Shown here: piece after piece, positions 37,621 through 52,228 of the stretch
How positions within the stretch are numbered: the stretch's first letter is position 1
Layout of the letters: every line of letters starts with the position of its first letter
DNA from: Octopus sinensis
Taxonomy: Eukaryota
Reading direction: 5' to 3'
NCBI RefSeq assembly: GCF_006345805.1
Contig: NC_043005.1
Coordinates: 62,124,001-62,188,000 of the forward strand
Length of the DNA: 64,000 nucleotides
Notes under the pieces: model-generated
The model's input: the letters and a program-made list of their open reading frames with translations, nothing else
What the model was told of the DNA's origin: nothing
Database searches by the model: none
Made by a program: the position numbers and the translations under genes

Positions 37621-39653
37621 TAATCATCATCATTTAGCGTCTGCAGTCCATGCTAGCATGGGTTGGACGGTTTGATCAGGGCTGGCAAAGGCTGCACCAA
37701 ACTCTAGTCTGATTTGGCATGGTTTCTATGGTTAGATGCCCTTCTTAACACCAACCATTCCAAAAGTGCAATGGGTGCTTTTATGTGCCACCAGCATGGG
37801 TGCCATTTGTATGAGATAAGTATCTGCCATAACTTTGACTTGATGGGTCTTCTCAAGTGCGACATAATGCCAAAGATCTCAGTCATTACCTCTGTGAGGC
37901 CCAACACTTGAAAGGAGCTTTCCATGTGCCACCAGCATCAGCCACTCTGCCTCTGTGAGGCACAATGCTCAAAAAGTGCTTTTTATGTGCCACTGGCATG
38001 GGTGCCAGTTACATGACACCAGCATCAGCTATGACTACAATTTCATTTGGCTTGACAGGTCTTCTCAAGCACAGCATATTACCAAAAGTCTTGGTCACTA
38101 GTCATTGCTTCTGTGAGACCCAAAGTTCGAAGATCATCCTTCACCACTGCGTCCCATGTCTTTCTGGGTCTACCTCTCCCACAGGCTCCCTCCACTGTTA
38201 GAGATCGGCACTTCTTTACACAGTTGTCCTCATCCATATGCATCACATGACCATACCAGTGCAGTTGTCTCTCTTACACACCACATCTTATGCCCAACTT
38301 TTCTCTCAAGATGATTACACTCTGCTGAACATGCACACTGACATTGCACATCCAGTGAAGTATACTGGCTTCATTTCTTTCAAGCCTATGCATGTCCTCG
38401 GCTGTCACAGCCCATGTTTCACTACTGTGTTGCATAGCTGTTTGCACACAGGCATCATAGAATCTGCCTTTCATTCTGAGAGAGAAGCCCTTTGTTGCCA
38501 GCAGAGTTGGTAGCTCTCTGAACATTGCCCAGCCTAATCTTATTCTCACAGCTTCAGTCTTGGAGTATCCACCTCCACTATTAACTTGATCACCTAGATA
38601 ATAGAAGCTATCTATTACCTCTAGCTTACCGGCCTGGCAGTTGATGGAGTCTATTTTTTCTACATTTTCAGTGTTTATTGTACCTGTGCATCTTCCACAC
38701 ACAAAAGCTATTTCCCTTGTTAACCTTCCTATTGCTGCACCTCTTATGTGTCCATAGCCTACACCAGGTACATCTTATGGAGTTTCTACCTATACATTTC
38801 CTACAGATTGAGCAGGGCCATCTACCTGAAGGGATTTGTGGTTTGTTTGCCTTCCTACTTACTAAGACTTTGGTTTTTGCTAGGTTAACTCTAAGGTCCT
38901 TCAATTCTAGACCTTGCTTCCATTCCTGAAATTTCTCTAGTTCTGGTAGTGATTCAGCTATAAGAACAAGGTCATCAGCATAGAGGAGCTCCCAGGGGCA
39001 GCCTCTCTTGAATTCCTCTGTCATTGCCTAGAGGACTATGATGAACAAGAGCGGTCTGAGGACTGATCCTTGGTGAACCCCTACTTCTTCCCTGAATTCT
39101 TTGCTGTACTCATTGCCAACCCTCACCTTACTGATAGTGTCCCTGTAAAGGATTGCGCAGCTCTCAACAACCACTTGTCTATCCCTAGTTTCCACATTGA
39201 CCACCAGATAAGGGATTGGGGGATCCTGTCAAAGGCTTTCTCCAAGTCAACAAAAGCCAAGTACAGAGGTTTATCTTTGGCTACATATTTGTCCTGCTGC
39301 TGCCTTACCAGAAATATAGCATAAACCAAACTACATCTCATCTAGACTAACTCTCTCCTTAATTAGTTGGACTATGACCCTCTCCATAACTTTCATCACC
39401 TGATCCAACAATTTGATACCTCTGTAATTATTTCTATCTAAGTCATGACCTTTACTTTTGTAGCAGTTGACTATGGTGCTGCTACACGAGTCATTAGGTA
39501 TGGACTCCATGTATCACCTGCTTTACAATATGCAAAATATCTTAAGCATCTCAGTGGTGATTCTTAATGGGTTGGGGGATTTCTCTGACTTCGTGTCCTT
39601 AATTGCTTTATCTACCAAGGTACTGTCGATTTGAATAGCTGGTCCCTCAATAT
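37621..39653 (-). mobile_element. RTE-clade LINE remnant (RT domain, C-terminus, 3' UTR), frameshifted
   Basis: Minus-strand ORFs give AIFLVRQQQDKY...LYLAFVDLEKAFDRIP (39123..39341), PWELLYADDLVLIAES (38668..39024) and FYYLGD...ETWAV (38274..38702). The 3' end carries the (GAT)n terminus shared with 6260-6987. Confidence 0.92.
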
Positions 39654-39755
39654 AGCAGAAAGTATTCTTATTCTTAATACTGTTTATATATCTGCTATTC
39701 ACATGTACAATCGCAAACTCACTTTTTATCACCTTCAATATTAGAGGATATAGAA

Positions 39756-39968
39756 GGCGGTTAGCTGGCAGAATCATGAGCACATCAGGCTAGATGTTTA
39801 GCAGCATTTTGTCCATCTTTAAATTCTGAGTTCAAATATCACTGGGGTCGACTTTGCCTTTCATCCTTAAGGGGTTGATAAAATAAGTACCAGTCAAGTA
39901 CTGACATTGATGTAATCAATTTACTCCTTACCCCAAACTTGCTGGTCTTGGGCCAAAATTTTAAACCA
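39756..39968 (+). mobile_element. SINE family B copy
   Basis: ggcggttagctggcagaatc...ggtcgactttgcctttcatcctt...gataaaataagtaccag. Confidence 0.82.
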
Positions 39969-42427
39969 ATACCAGAGAATATATATTGTATGACTTTGAC
40001 TCAATACATGATTGGTTTAAACATGTTTGCCATGGGTTAGTAGTGATAGTGAGAAATTGATTAATAAAATGATGGCCATTCTTTCTTATAATGGTACAAG
40101 ATCACACACAATTTTGGGTAGGGGTACAGCTATTTGTATCATCTTCAGTAGCACTTGACCCCTAGAAAACATTTACAACAAACCATATACAGTATAGCAT
40201 TTATCCTAATGGTATTCCCTTCTTGCCATGTCACAGCTCATTTGAAATTAGAAATATGAAGTAATGAAAATAATATCTTAAAGTATCTAGTATGGTTTTC
40301 TTCTTTTTAAGCCAACTCTTTTATTCTTATAATTCAAATGTGATAGAAATGAATACGAGATAAATTTCTTGTATTGAGAGTTTATTTATTTTATACATCA
40401 TATACATGATTCAGAATAACAGGTGATTATTGCTATTTTGAATGGTTGGAGAAAGAGCAAAAACCAAGCAATGATAGATAGTGACTCTCACAAAAAAAAA
40501 AAAACAATTTCAATAAATTAATTTTACTTCCTTTGAGAAAAATCTAAAAATTTAATCCATGTTTGCAGACAAGGGGTCAACTAGACACCTTATAGGACAC
40601 CATCAGCATATTATACAGCCTAATTTGATCAATTGATAATTGATTTTACGAATTAAAGGAAATAGAAATAATAGGAATAAATAGAAAAACTGAACTGAGA
40701 TGCAATAAACTAAGTGGGCCAGTGGTATGTATTTAGATAAATAAGTCAAGGTTTGATGTACTGAATGCAAACAATTCTCAATTAATTGATAGCTTCCTCT
40801 TACTAGGAAGAGCAAACATAATAATTGTTGTGGATTTTCAAAGAATGAGGTTAGAAGGAAATCTGATCTTTGTTTACAGGCAAGGAAGCAATTGCAAACA
40901 TGTTTCCATATTATTAATCCTCTTCACTATGCAATCTGCATTCTTTGATATACTTTTACACAAAGGAAAAATATTTGTAATGATTTTTGGAACAAGTTTC
41001 AAGTCAAGCAGTTTAGCTACATACACTATGAGGTGCTGGTGATAGAATAAAACCTGCCAACATCAGAGCTGGTTGTCTGGTATTATATCAACTTGGTCAC
41101 TTGCTTCCCAAAACTTTCAACCATCTCAATCAAATGTGTCCAACTCTAATTTTCCAATTTATTTAATTAAATTTCATTAAACTATTCATATGCAAATATC
41201 ATGATTATGATATTTCAATACATCATGCTGACAATGCATTTCAATTCAGCACCAAAAGTTTTTCCTTTTTTTAGTCCATACATTCTTATCTTTTCAAACA
41301 ATGATTGCATTATATTTAATTTTGAGATATTTACAATACTATACTTCATTTTTCTACTGAAAGAAAACAAAAGTATTTGAACAAATAAAAACAATACATT
41401 ATACCAGGTAGATGTTAGAAAAAGAAATGAACAAAACATTGTACAATTGGTTTTAGCTTTTCAATGAATTTAATTAATTTGTTTCTTAATTAGTCAATAA
41501 GGGAGAGAAAAAAAAATACTATAAAAATTAACTGACCTGTGCTATTTTTATGACAAGAAGAATCCAAGTAGCGAGGATCAGACAGAAGAGGTCTTCCCAG
41601 AATTTCTTTCCTACAATACACAATTGATTGACCAATTTTAAATGAAGCACAAAGAATAAAAAAGAAAAGAAAAGAAAAAAAGAAAAATTTCTCTGATATC
41701 TGGTCATAATAAGAACCATTATGTTGTTCTCATTGTTTTCCCCTTTAGTATGAATTTTCTTTAATGCTGCAGTCATTACATTTTGTTACACACACACAGG
41801 CGCATGTATATATATATATATATATATATATATGTTCAAAATTCTTCCCATCACCCAACTTTTGAAAAAATAAATACCAGTTCTTTTGTTGTTTCTATGT
41901 AAGCTTAACTGAAACAAAACTATTTTAATACAATTTTGAATGCAAGCAACAGATTGAAATATAAGAAAAGAAAATGACAAAAACCAAGTAATTTTCATTG
42001 TTCACTTGTTCATTTGCTGCTGTTTTGTTTTTTTTCCCCCCCTATTTCTGTAGTCGGTGAAGAGATTTCGATTTCAGTGATAATTATACTGTTGTTTTTG
42101 TATTTAAAATAGATATATTATTTTGTCAGGATATATTTTGTTTTCAAAATAATATGTTTTTCTTTGCAAAAAAAAAGGACAAACAAAATAAAACAAATAT
42201 ACTGTTGTATTACAATGAGAGATTATGAAATCAGAATTTTGAAAAACTTCAACAATGAAAATTAAATAAATAGGATATTAAATTTGTTTTGAAAATTCAC
42301 TATTAACTTCAAAATTCTTTTTAGACTGAACATTTGTTAATTTGGCAAAGATATTTTATAGTTTTAAGAGTGTGATTACATGTTTATGTACGTGTGTGTA
42401 TGTATATATATACACACACATAAACAC

Positions 42428-43710
42428 AAAAAGTTCCCAGACTAGTTCTGTGGTATGCCAACAGATGACAGCACATGGTTGCATGTACAGTGAGAGCTAG
42501 TAGTGATCTTTATGAGGCAGTGTGCTGAGTGACATTGCTGTTTTTACTTCACAAGTTGTGAAATTTGTGTTTTCATGATCATGTGTATGCTGCAGTCTGC
42601 GATTTTGTCATGGACAAGAAGTTGGAACAAAGAGTCAACATGAAATTTTGCATTCAACTTGGGAAATCTGCTATTGAGCATGCTTCAACAAGCTTACAGT
42701 GATGAGCAATGAGTCATACACAATGTTTTAAGTAGCACAAGCACTTCAAAGGCAGAACACCCCTGGGAGTGATCTGGAAAACCTGCCACAAACACCAACC
42801 CCAGAAATATGGAGAAAATTCATCAGCTTGAGCATGAGGATTGTCGGAGGAATGACTCCTCCTTCATGTAAAGGATCATCACTGGTGATGAGAGTTGGGT
42901 CTATGAATATGACCCTGAGATGAAGCAGTAGTCATTACAATGGAAGAGCCCTTCATCTCCATGACTGAAGAAAGCACAACAGGACTATAATTCAATCAAG
43001 GGCATGCTCATCATTTTTTGCGACATCCACAGTATTCTGACATTCTTTGAGGCAGACCTAGCTGGTTTCCTTGAATGTTTCCTAACCCTGGATAAGTGTT
43101 GGTTTCATCACTTTGAACAAGAGAGAAAGAGATAATCCATGCAATGGAAACACCCCATCTTGCCTGCTTCAAAGAAGGCTAAGGTCATTTCATCTGCAGG
43201 GAAGGTGATGGCCTCAGTATTTTGGAATGCAAAAGGCATTATGTTTATTGACTAACTTCAAAAAGATCACATCAATGGAGAGTGCTATGTCAACTTGGTG
43301 AGACAATTACAAAAGGCTATCAAGATCAAAACGCTCAAGAAAACTGGTGAAAAGGGTCTTCATCAGGACATTGCTCCAATATGCAAGTCCTTGGTTTCAA
43401 TGGCTGCTGTGCATTACTGTACCTTTGTATTGACTGATCAGCCCCCTATTCTCCTGATTGGCCCATCTGGCTATCATCTTTTCTCCAACATGAAAAAACC
43501 CTTGACTGGGAAGCAGTATCACGGTGATGGTAATGTCGTATCTGCTGTTCATGACTTTTTTTGACCAACATGATGAAGGCTTCTTCACAAATGGGATCCA
43601 AACACTGCAACACCATTGGAAGAAATGCACGGACTGCAAAGGGGACTATGTTGAAAAATAAATCTCATTTGGTCACATTTCAGCCCATGAATTTTTCGGC
43701 CTACCCTAAT
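42428..43710 (+). pseudogene. Mariner transposase remnant(s), apparently two fused elements
   Basis: 42609: MDKKLEQRVNMKFCIQLGKSA. About 42871: RIITGDESWVYEYDPE. About 43070: second first-D block FLTLDKCWFHHFE, then AGKVMASVFWNAKGIMFID, LHQDIAP, PSGYHLFSNMKKPL and end KGDYVEK*. Confidence 0.88.
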
Positions 43711-44309
43711 ATGTTCACCATATAAAATATCTGCAATCATAATTTTATCAACTATGCTGAAACATGAACCATTTTCTCATTATTTACAAAGTATGAGAAA
43801 CTTTGAACTTTATTTTCATATTCTTTTTACTTATGTACAAATAACACGTACACATAAATATGACAGACTCTTGCAGGAACATATGCATGCACACGCAAAC
43901 ACAGACACATACATACGCAAACACAGACACATACATACTCCATTAAGCACTTATGCATATACACATTAGATTCTCCTTTACTTATTAAACTCTGTTATTC
44001 CATCAGCTATGGGTGACACTTTAAGCTCTAAGCTCTAATTTCCAATCTGATGCTTTATCAGTTTTGTGACAAAATGTAGTGCTTAAAACATCAAACTAAG
44101 CTTCCTCCCTTTTCTTGCAACATTTGATTATTTGTTGTATACTCCTAAGTTGTTGCATTTGTTCCTGAAATTTTTGTGTATACACAGACATATACACATT
44201 GGCATCTATGTGTGTGTGCAGTGCCTATGCATACAGATATATTCAAATATTCTTTAAATGTGTGGATGTATGTGTATAAACACAGATATACATGTATGCT
44301 ATGATTTAA

Positions 44310-44509
44310 ACCTTTAGCATTTAAACCTGTCATATTCTACCTGTTTTTTGTTTAAACTGACCAGATCCAGCCTCTTACACCTATCCTGCAGTATCATTCT
44401 AAAAATAAACTAGCACATCATCAAAATCTGAAAGCTATGAGATAATGCATGATTAATTCAAAATAATGGAATAAGCATTGCATTTGACAGTAATCTGAAT
44501 GCTAAGGGG
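44310..44509 (-). mobile_element. piggyBac-type MITE (opposite orientation)
   Basis: ttaa|acctttagcatt ... aatgctaagggg|tta. Body is the reverse complement of the 36263 copy. Confidence 0.75.
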
Positions 44510-45517
44510 TTATTTTTGCTTACGTAAGTTGTATCATCTACATATACAATATTTGAAAATTAAAAATCATTATGAACTTTTTGACAAGTGTCATACTAAC
44601 TGCATAAGCTTGCTTGAATTTGCTGATGAGATCATTCAAATCATTGTTGTAGAATTTGGCAGCAGGAGTATTTTATCTGTGAACGACTATAAAATGAAAT
44701 GCTTATCTTATTTACAAATATTTAGCTAATGCATTCTTGATAACAGAATCTAGCCGGACAGCTTCCATCAAGACAAGTTTCCTTATTTGATTAAAAGTAA
44801 ATTTTTCACAAGATTACTTGATAGATTATCAGTTGGTGTTATGACATGAGGTGTTACCCACAATACTGCATGCCACTAAGCTGCAGTTGAAATCCACTGT
44901 GAATATTCTATTTCGTTTCCAGGCAATTGGATTTAACATACCTCCACCTTAATACCATTACCTGATTCATCTGATTTTGAGGACCCTGAACAGTGTTCAT
45001 ACTGTGATAAGCATTTGGAAAAAAATCTTTCTGTCACTTCATTGCTCACATTTTCTCTGTAGTTGTTCAAATTAGGCACTGGCTCTATCACTTATACTAT
45101 TTTTAGAAGGCTTTTGAGAGTCATAGTTACAAAGTCCCCCTCCTCTAAATAATTTACAGAAATTTGAAAAAATATCAAAACAATCAACATTGTTTCAGTT
45201 CAGTTGGCTCTTGTTAATAAGTACTCGAAATTACTAAATATCTTGGATTGTCCAGGCATTGGAGAATCTGGATTTTAGTTTTGATTTTAAGTTAGCAGTC
45301 TATTTTACATTTGACTCCTCATGCATGATGGACTCCCCACTAAGTGGGTATCTCCAGCCATAAAATGTTACCATATATATCATCATCATTTAACATCCAT
45401 TGTCCATGGGTTGGATGGTATAACCAAAGTTGGGGAGCTGCACCAGACTCCATTCTGATTTGGCATGGTTTCTACAGCTGGATGTTCTTCCTAACACCAG
45501 CCACTTTACAAAGTGTG

Positions 45518-45725
45518 GTGAATGCTTTTACATGGCACCGCATGAGTACTTTTATCTGATGTTGCATGGGTGCTTTTATGTGCCACTGCACGGGCACTTT
45601 CACATGGCACTACATGGGTGCTTTTACATTGCACTGCATAGGTGCCTTTACATGTCGTCTCATGGGCACTTTTAAATGACACCACATGGGCACTTTTATG
45701 AGGCACTGCCATGAGTGCTTTACAG
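45518..45725. repeat. ~24-bp minisatellite (about 9 units) within a minus-strand RTE 3' UTR remnant (45378-45832)
   Basis: Unit approximates gcatgggtgcttttacatggcact. ORF 45506..45712 shows 8-residue periodicity. Confidence 0.85.
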
Positions 45726-48700
45726 GATCACTTCTGCTGCAGAGTATGGGTCTTCTTGAGTATGGCAAGGCACCAGTTATTTCGGTTCTTTGACATCTTG
45801 TCTGAAATATTCAGCTTCCTGAGGTCATTATTCAGTACTTTATGTGTATGTGTGTGTGTGTGTATACATGCATGCATATGTGTGATTTCCAGTCTAGCAA
45901 TAGACACCACTTCCCACTCACTTGACCCCTTCAAATCACTCCCTAGCATCTTAGCTATGTAGAGGATTTATTATATAACATAGTCCTAGATACTTCTAAA
46001 AAGTCAGCATAGCTATATGGTTATAGCTGATAGATTTGACCTGGGGATGAATAATAACAGCATATAATTTTTGCAATTCTAGTTTTTGAAAAGAGCCAGA
46101 TATAGACGTTATGTTAATCACAACAAAAATGGTATTAAGAATTGCCAATGCAGGTGAGATGTTGATTTGAAAATATTTTTTCTACAGATATACTTTCTTT
46201 CTCTTGTTTTTTTTTTTAAATAACTTGCATTGCTTCAACATAAAATCCTTTTTGGAATTGTGTAATTATATTTTTTACAATTTGTGTTTAGTTCAACATC
46301 ATCCTCTCCTCATTTTTTTCCTTTCTTATTATGATTAAAATAATTGCAATGGATCAAAAACTGTTTTCACTTCTAGCATCAATTATGATCAGATATTGTT
46401 TGCTTGCAGCAACTTCTGCTGTAAAGTCAATTATCTTCCAATGTGACACAAGAAACTGGAGTTGAATAGAAAAGAAAATTAAACAAAAGTGGATCCAATT
46501 ATTGTTTGAGTCTCAGAAGTATATTTGTAAAATTTAATCTCTGTTGTATTTCTTTTCATTTTTAATCAAAAGTCAGAATTAGGCAAGAACATGACACTTT
46601 GTAGTTCATGGTCTTATATAGCAAATCCTCACCAAATCGTAAAAGTAATTCCTACATAGCACTCAGTTGTGCTTTGTTGTCTTCTTGATCTTCTACGTCA
46701 ACATTGATCAATAGACTTAAAATATAAGATATTCCAGCAATGACAATCTTTTTTATTTCTATCAGGTGTAGTGTGGTGTGCATGATTATTTTTCATCAAG
46801 TATAGTGTGTTTATGATTATTTCTTTTTTATCAGGCATCTATGGTTATATTATTTAATCTATCATTTGTTTTTCCAAGATGGTAGTCTCTCCCTCCCTCC
46901 CACCACCTCCTCTCTCCCTCCCACCTCCTCCTCTCTCTTCCACTGTGAGTGTATGCATACACTTGCAGTCAGGTGCATTACTACAACAAGCAGTGACTTT
47001 GCAGATTGCTTTCTCATTCATTCACCACTTCATCAGTCTGCTCCCAGTCACTACAGAGTCCACCCACCATCATCAAGTGAACAACTGCTAATCCTCTCCA
47101 TTAGCTAGCATCAGCAAGAAGCATGGCTGATTAAATAAAAATTGTATAGTATATTAAATTTTTTTTTTTGAAAGACAGTTCTCTGTCTCTCTGTCCTGAT
47201 AGCACATGTTCAAATATAGAACTGCTACAATTCCAAAACAGAAAATGTTTAAAATGAAAATATAAATTCCCCTTCATTCTTTTCTGACTGAAAAAATTTC
47301 ATATAAATTGGAAAAAAAAAACTATATTTTCTCTAAAACAGTTATTTTTCCATAACACTAATAAAAATAAATTTAAACACAATTGTATGAAAACTTTATT
47401 TATAGTCTCATAAATGTAGTTTTTACTTTAATATATAATTATCTAACACTATTTATTTCATTGTTTTATATCCATTATCTCCAGCTAGTTTGATAGTTTG
47501 TATTTTCTTTCTACTATTTTATAGCCATTTTGTTAGGTTAGCATAATAGAAATGATTTATCTCTTTACCAGTTTATATCTATTTTCCAAGCCTAGTGTGG
47601 ATAAGGTTTTCACAAGTGAGATATTTACATAATTTTGAATCAGCCGTTTATACAGTAGGAAGGTCTCCCTATTGGTAATGACTCAAGTGTGAAATAGAAA
47701 TGAAATGTGTGTTGTCATGTAGCCAGATGAAAGCAAATACAGTGAATTGCCTACCTTGTCCAGAGACACAACATAATTGTTTTTGCCTCAGCTCTTGAAT
47801 TCATGATAATGTTAGTATTTTACTATACTCTAGAAAATTGTGAATTCTTATGAGTGAACTTAAGTATATCTGATAGTAATTTTTTTAAATATATTTTCTT
47901 TTTAAAAAGTAAACTTTGAAAGGTTAGTAAAAAATGTTAAGCCAATTAAAAGAAAACATGAAAGAATTAAAGAGTAGTGTTTGCTTTTTTAGATTTAAAA
48001 TTATCATGTCTGGCAACATTTTATTGGTCTCATATTAAAAGTGATAATTTTAATGTTTTTATTTCATCTTTTTTTTTCTCTATGAAATATTACATTAAAT
48101 CGTTCCAGTGTTATAAATGTTTAACAAGACATTTAATTTTAGGAGAAAGACTACAAAGTTAAACATTTATTTCCAGTGAATATTTCTTTTCATTTATCAG
48201 GCAAGTTTATCTCTGATTGAAATTTGTCACAGAATCATTTGAGGAAGAAATAGAATTGAGTATTCACTGAAAAATGGGTATTTCAATATGTTGTTCTTGT
48301 GGAAAATAATACCATGTTTGCAGTGAAACTCTATAATTGCAGAAATGAAAACATATAATACATATCAGTATTATATCACTGATAAGCTAAACTGGGAAAA
48401 GAATCCTGAAAGTCTACATTGAAGATTATGTCAGATGGTAGCAGACAATGACCTTGAATTTTCTTTGTTATGCTGAATTATTTGTCATTCATGTTAGGTT
48501 CCCTCATTGCAGAAACACATAGAGCTGACATTTTCATTCTCTTGATTTATGTACATATTAAAATCATTGAATATCAGTTAGCACAAAGCAGTGATGGAAG
48601 GAAATTTGCCAAAATTTCTTCACAATAAGATCAGGCCCAGAACTTCATGGCTACTAAACAAACTTTTTAACTACAAGGCAATACCTTGTATACACTTATT

Positions 48701-51700
48701 AAATTATAGGAATTCATTTTTGTCTCACATTTTACACCCACACACACACATCAACATGATGTCAACAAATTATTACATTTGAACAAAAATACCCTGTATT
48801 ATTAATGATTGACTGAGTTATCACCCCTCTGTATTCACATAACATTTCATATTCTGGGAGACAAATTACAGCAGTTGATCTAATCAATTAAAGTTATTTA
48901 ATGTGGTGTCCCAGCAAGGCCACAATTCACTGATTGAAATTAGTGGAAGGAGATGGTGACTCAATTAGAAAAAGAATGTGTAAAACATTTATTGTGTCAC
49001 TTTCAAAGTAGATCACCAGATCCAGGTACTTTTATTTCCATTCACTGTCTTTTACATTCTAAAAAATTTTCTGTAGCAAATCTGTCTTTTAAGTGATACA
49101 AATTATTATTGGTACTGGAGACTGCATTCAACCAAATGCATCAAATCACCTCTTTATCTTGAAGAAAAAACATACAGTGTGGACCTGTATTACTAATTGA
49201 AAGTCTGCTAGTTATCATAATGATAAACATTTGCCAAACTTTTTTATCCTAACAAAAATAAATCTGAAAACTTTTTAAAGAACTAATTCAACCATGGGAA
49301 TCGTAATGAAAGATTTTCTTCAGAAACGGTGCATTTTTGTATAATATGCTGTTTAGGAAAAGTGACCAAATCTACATGTGATATGTGGCTAAATATTCGT
49401 GAATTTTTGAAAATACTGATAAAAAAATTTACATATGCACTTAAAACATTTAGTTGAAGACTTTCCAGACACAGGAAATATATTTAATGAACAGAATTTT
49501 AAAAATGCTTAAAGTTACATGAGAGAAGATACAGCTGGTCTATATTTCCAATGAAAAATTTGAAAAATATGATCAAACACAGAAACTGGATTTTCAATCA
49601 TACTTGGTTGAGATCCTCAAGGCACCTGATAACTTATAGAGAGAACTGATTGAACTATCAGCAGAAACATTCTGAAGTCTCATTTCAGCTTTTTACAAAG
49701 ATACTTTTGAAATGCACAAAAATGTTGCTTTATTATACACACATTAACAATCTAATTGAGTGTCATCTCATTCAAGTACAAACCAGTTATGACTCATTAA
49801 TTTTCTTAGTGATAAAATGTATCTTGAGAGCTCAGATAATAGATATACTCTTGAAGAGCTAATTAAAGCTATGGGCAAATGTTAAGAAACAAATATCTTG
49901 TCTGTCTTACAATAAGCAGTCACCAAAATGTTCTTAAATGTTTTGTTGACTAAGTTTTCTGTTTATTAATATTTCTACTTTATACATTTATAAACGATGT
50001 TATTTAAACAAGATTATTTTGTGGAAGATCTCATGCAATAATAAACTAAATAAAAAATTAGTAAGTTGGTAGATAAAAATATAACATATAAAGAATATAG
50101 TAAATTATTAAGATGACTGCAAGTATGTCTGCATGGTTCAGAAGTTTTGCTTCACAAATATGTATTGTGTCTTGGGTTGGGTTCATGTACAAGAGCTTGG
50201 ATGAACTAAACTTCTACCAGATTCTGAAAGAATCTGGTAGACTAATTTCACACACATACGAACAATGTTCTAATACTAAAACTTCTAACTTCAAGTTCTG
50301 AATTTTAAGTGGCCTAAATCATGTGACCATGTTCCTATGAATTTGTCATTCCCAGAAGTATAAGTCTATATCTTAGTGTGTGTGTGTAGCAAAGCAATAT
50401 GATTACATTCAGTGCCATTTTAAGGCATGGGCACACTGGGAGGTTGCCCAAGGGTCTACAGGTTGCTGTTAAAATAACCCTGGTTACACCCTTCTACAGC
50501 CAGGTCAACTCGATCATATGCTCATAAGTGGTCTCTCTCTCTCTCTAAAAAGCACCGAGGGCACTATAATCGATTCAAGGGGATGCTCCAGCATGATTGC
50601 CAAATGACTGGAACCAGAAAAAGAATGCAAAACCGTAACCTAATAAAATCTGGTTTAGATATAATGAAACATTCCCTCTCTCAATTTCATTTCTTTTTAA
50701 AATGAAGAAAACAAAACCCTGGGGAAATGGCCTGACATAAAATACATGTATAAATGCTCTGCTGTATTTAGTTTGGTGTCACCTTCCCAACTCAATATTT
50801 TTACCAACCTGGAAAAGAGATATCAATTACTATAGTTATGCAGGTAAGAATGCACTTAATATGTAGAACCTTAAAAGGTAGGTAAAAATATACAGCCAAA
50901 GAATAATATTAGTTGACATCTAATGTTAGTTGTCAACATTTCCAGTAAGTTCATGTGACAACTTTGTACTAGTTTTTGCTTCCGTGAACATTATCAGCAG
51001 AAGTGAAAGGTCACCATAATTTGTCAAGATAGCAGCAAATGATTTGGTAAATAAATATATGAAAATACAGATATCTATTGATGTAGAACAAGTGTATTGT
51101 ATGGAAAAGTTCAGTAATTATGAGATATCATCCACACACAGTAACAACATTTGAATAATTTATGATGATGGTGATGATGTTACTGAATCAAGTAGAAACA
51201 CTCTAGGAGTTGTCCCCTATACCTGCCAAAAATTAAAAACAATATTTTTCTCTCAATGCATCTTGGTTTGAAATGTCCCATCTATTAATCATTCTTTCAC
51301 ATTCTTAAAATTATTTACCAGGCATCAGAATTATTAAACTTCCTAAAGCTAACTACTTATAATAATGCTAATATGTTCCTCAAAAATTACAAATTTAAAT
51401 ATTAAAACAATTACTATTCTGTAAGATAAGTCAAATTTTACTTTCAAAAGTTAACTGATTGTGAGTTGATGGTCAGAAGGTCAAATATTACTGCAATTCT
51501 TTTCTTGTACACATGAAGAAGACACTTATCTATAGCATGCCTCTGTTCACCAGACTGATAACAGAAAGTTACTCAAATGTTAAATATAATTTCTCAAAAA
51601 ATTTTTCTTTTCTTTTTAAGCAAACTAATATTAAACTTGTTTGCTTTATAGGTTTTAGTGAAATTAATAACGACTCTTTTTCATTAAGCTTGTTTAATTT

Positions 51701-52186
51701 GCCATAGCATTTTATATTAGATGAATCTATAAACACATGCCAGTGTCATTGGAGCAATTCCGCATGATCATTACAGTTCAATGCTTGCCATATAGCCAAT
51801 AATTGTATTATTATTTCATTAAAGTCTTTTGTTTACTAATACATTTGGAGATTGCACAATATCATTTCTGAATCAACGAAATGTTACAAATTGATTGAGC
51901 ATGTTGAAAATGCTTTCTCTTTGTTAATAATTGCAATTAGTGGACAGCATGTGATATAAATTATGAAACAAAACATATTTAATCATTAGACTCTTTTTCA
52001 AATTACCTCTTATATTATATTTTAACTAAAGCAATGTCATTTAAAATATTAGGTTTTGTAAACCCTGCAAATCACAACAAAGAATAAAGTGAATTTATTT
52101 TAAATTTTGACGAGATCTGAACATTAATAGCGAATTATAAATGTTTTGAATTTTAATGTTGAAATGCTGAAGAAATTTCCTTTTTA

Positions 52187-52228
<42 letters not shown>

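Noticed and set aside
45518-45725. CRISPR-like appearance of regularly spaced motifs (also 6344-6830)
   Set aside because: Contiguous degenerate units without unique spacers, eukaryotic context, no cas genes.
46866-47108. Pro/Ser-rich ORFs and the 14-bp palindrome gtgtatgcatacac
   Set aside because: Low-complexity C/T tract, no splice or homology support. The palindrome is explicable by TG/CA repeats.
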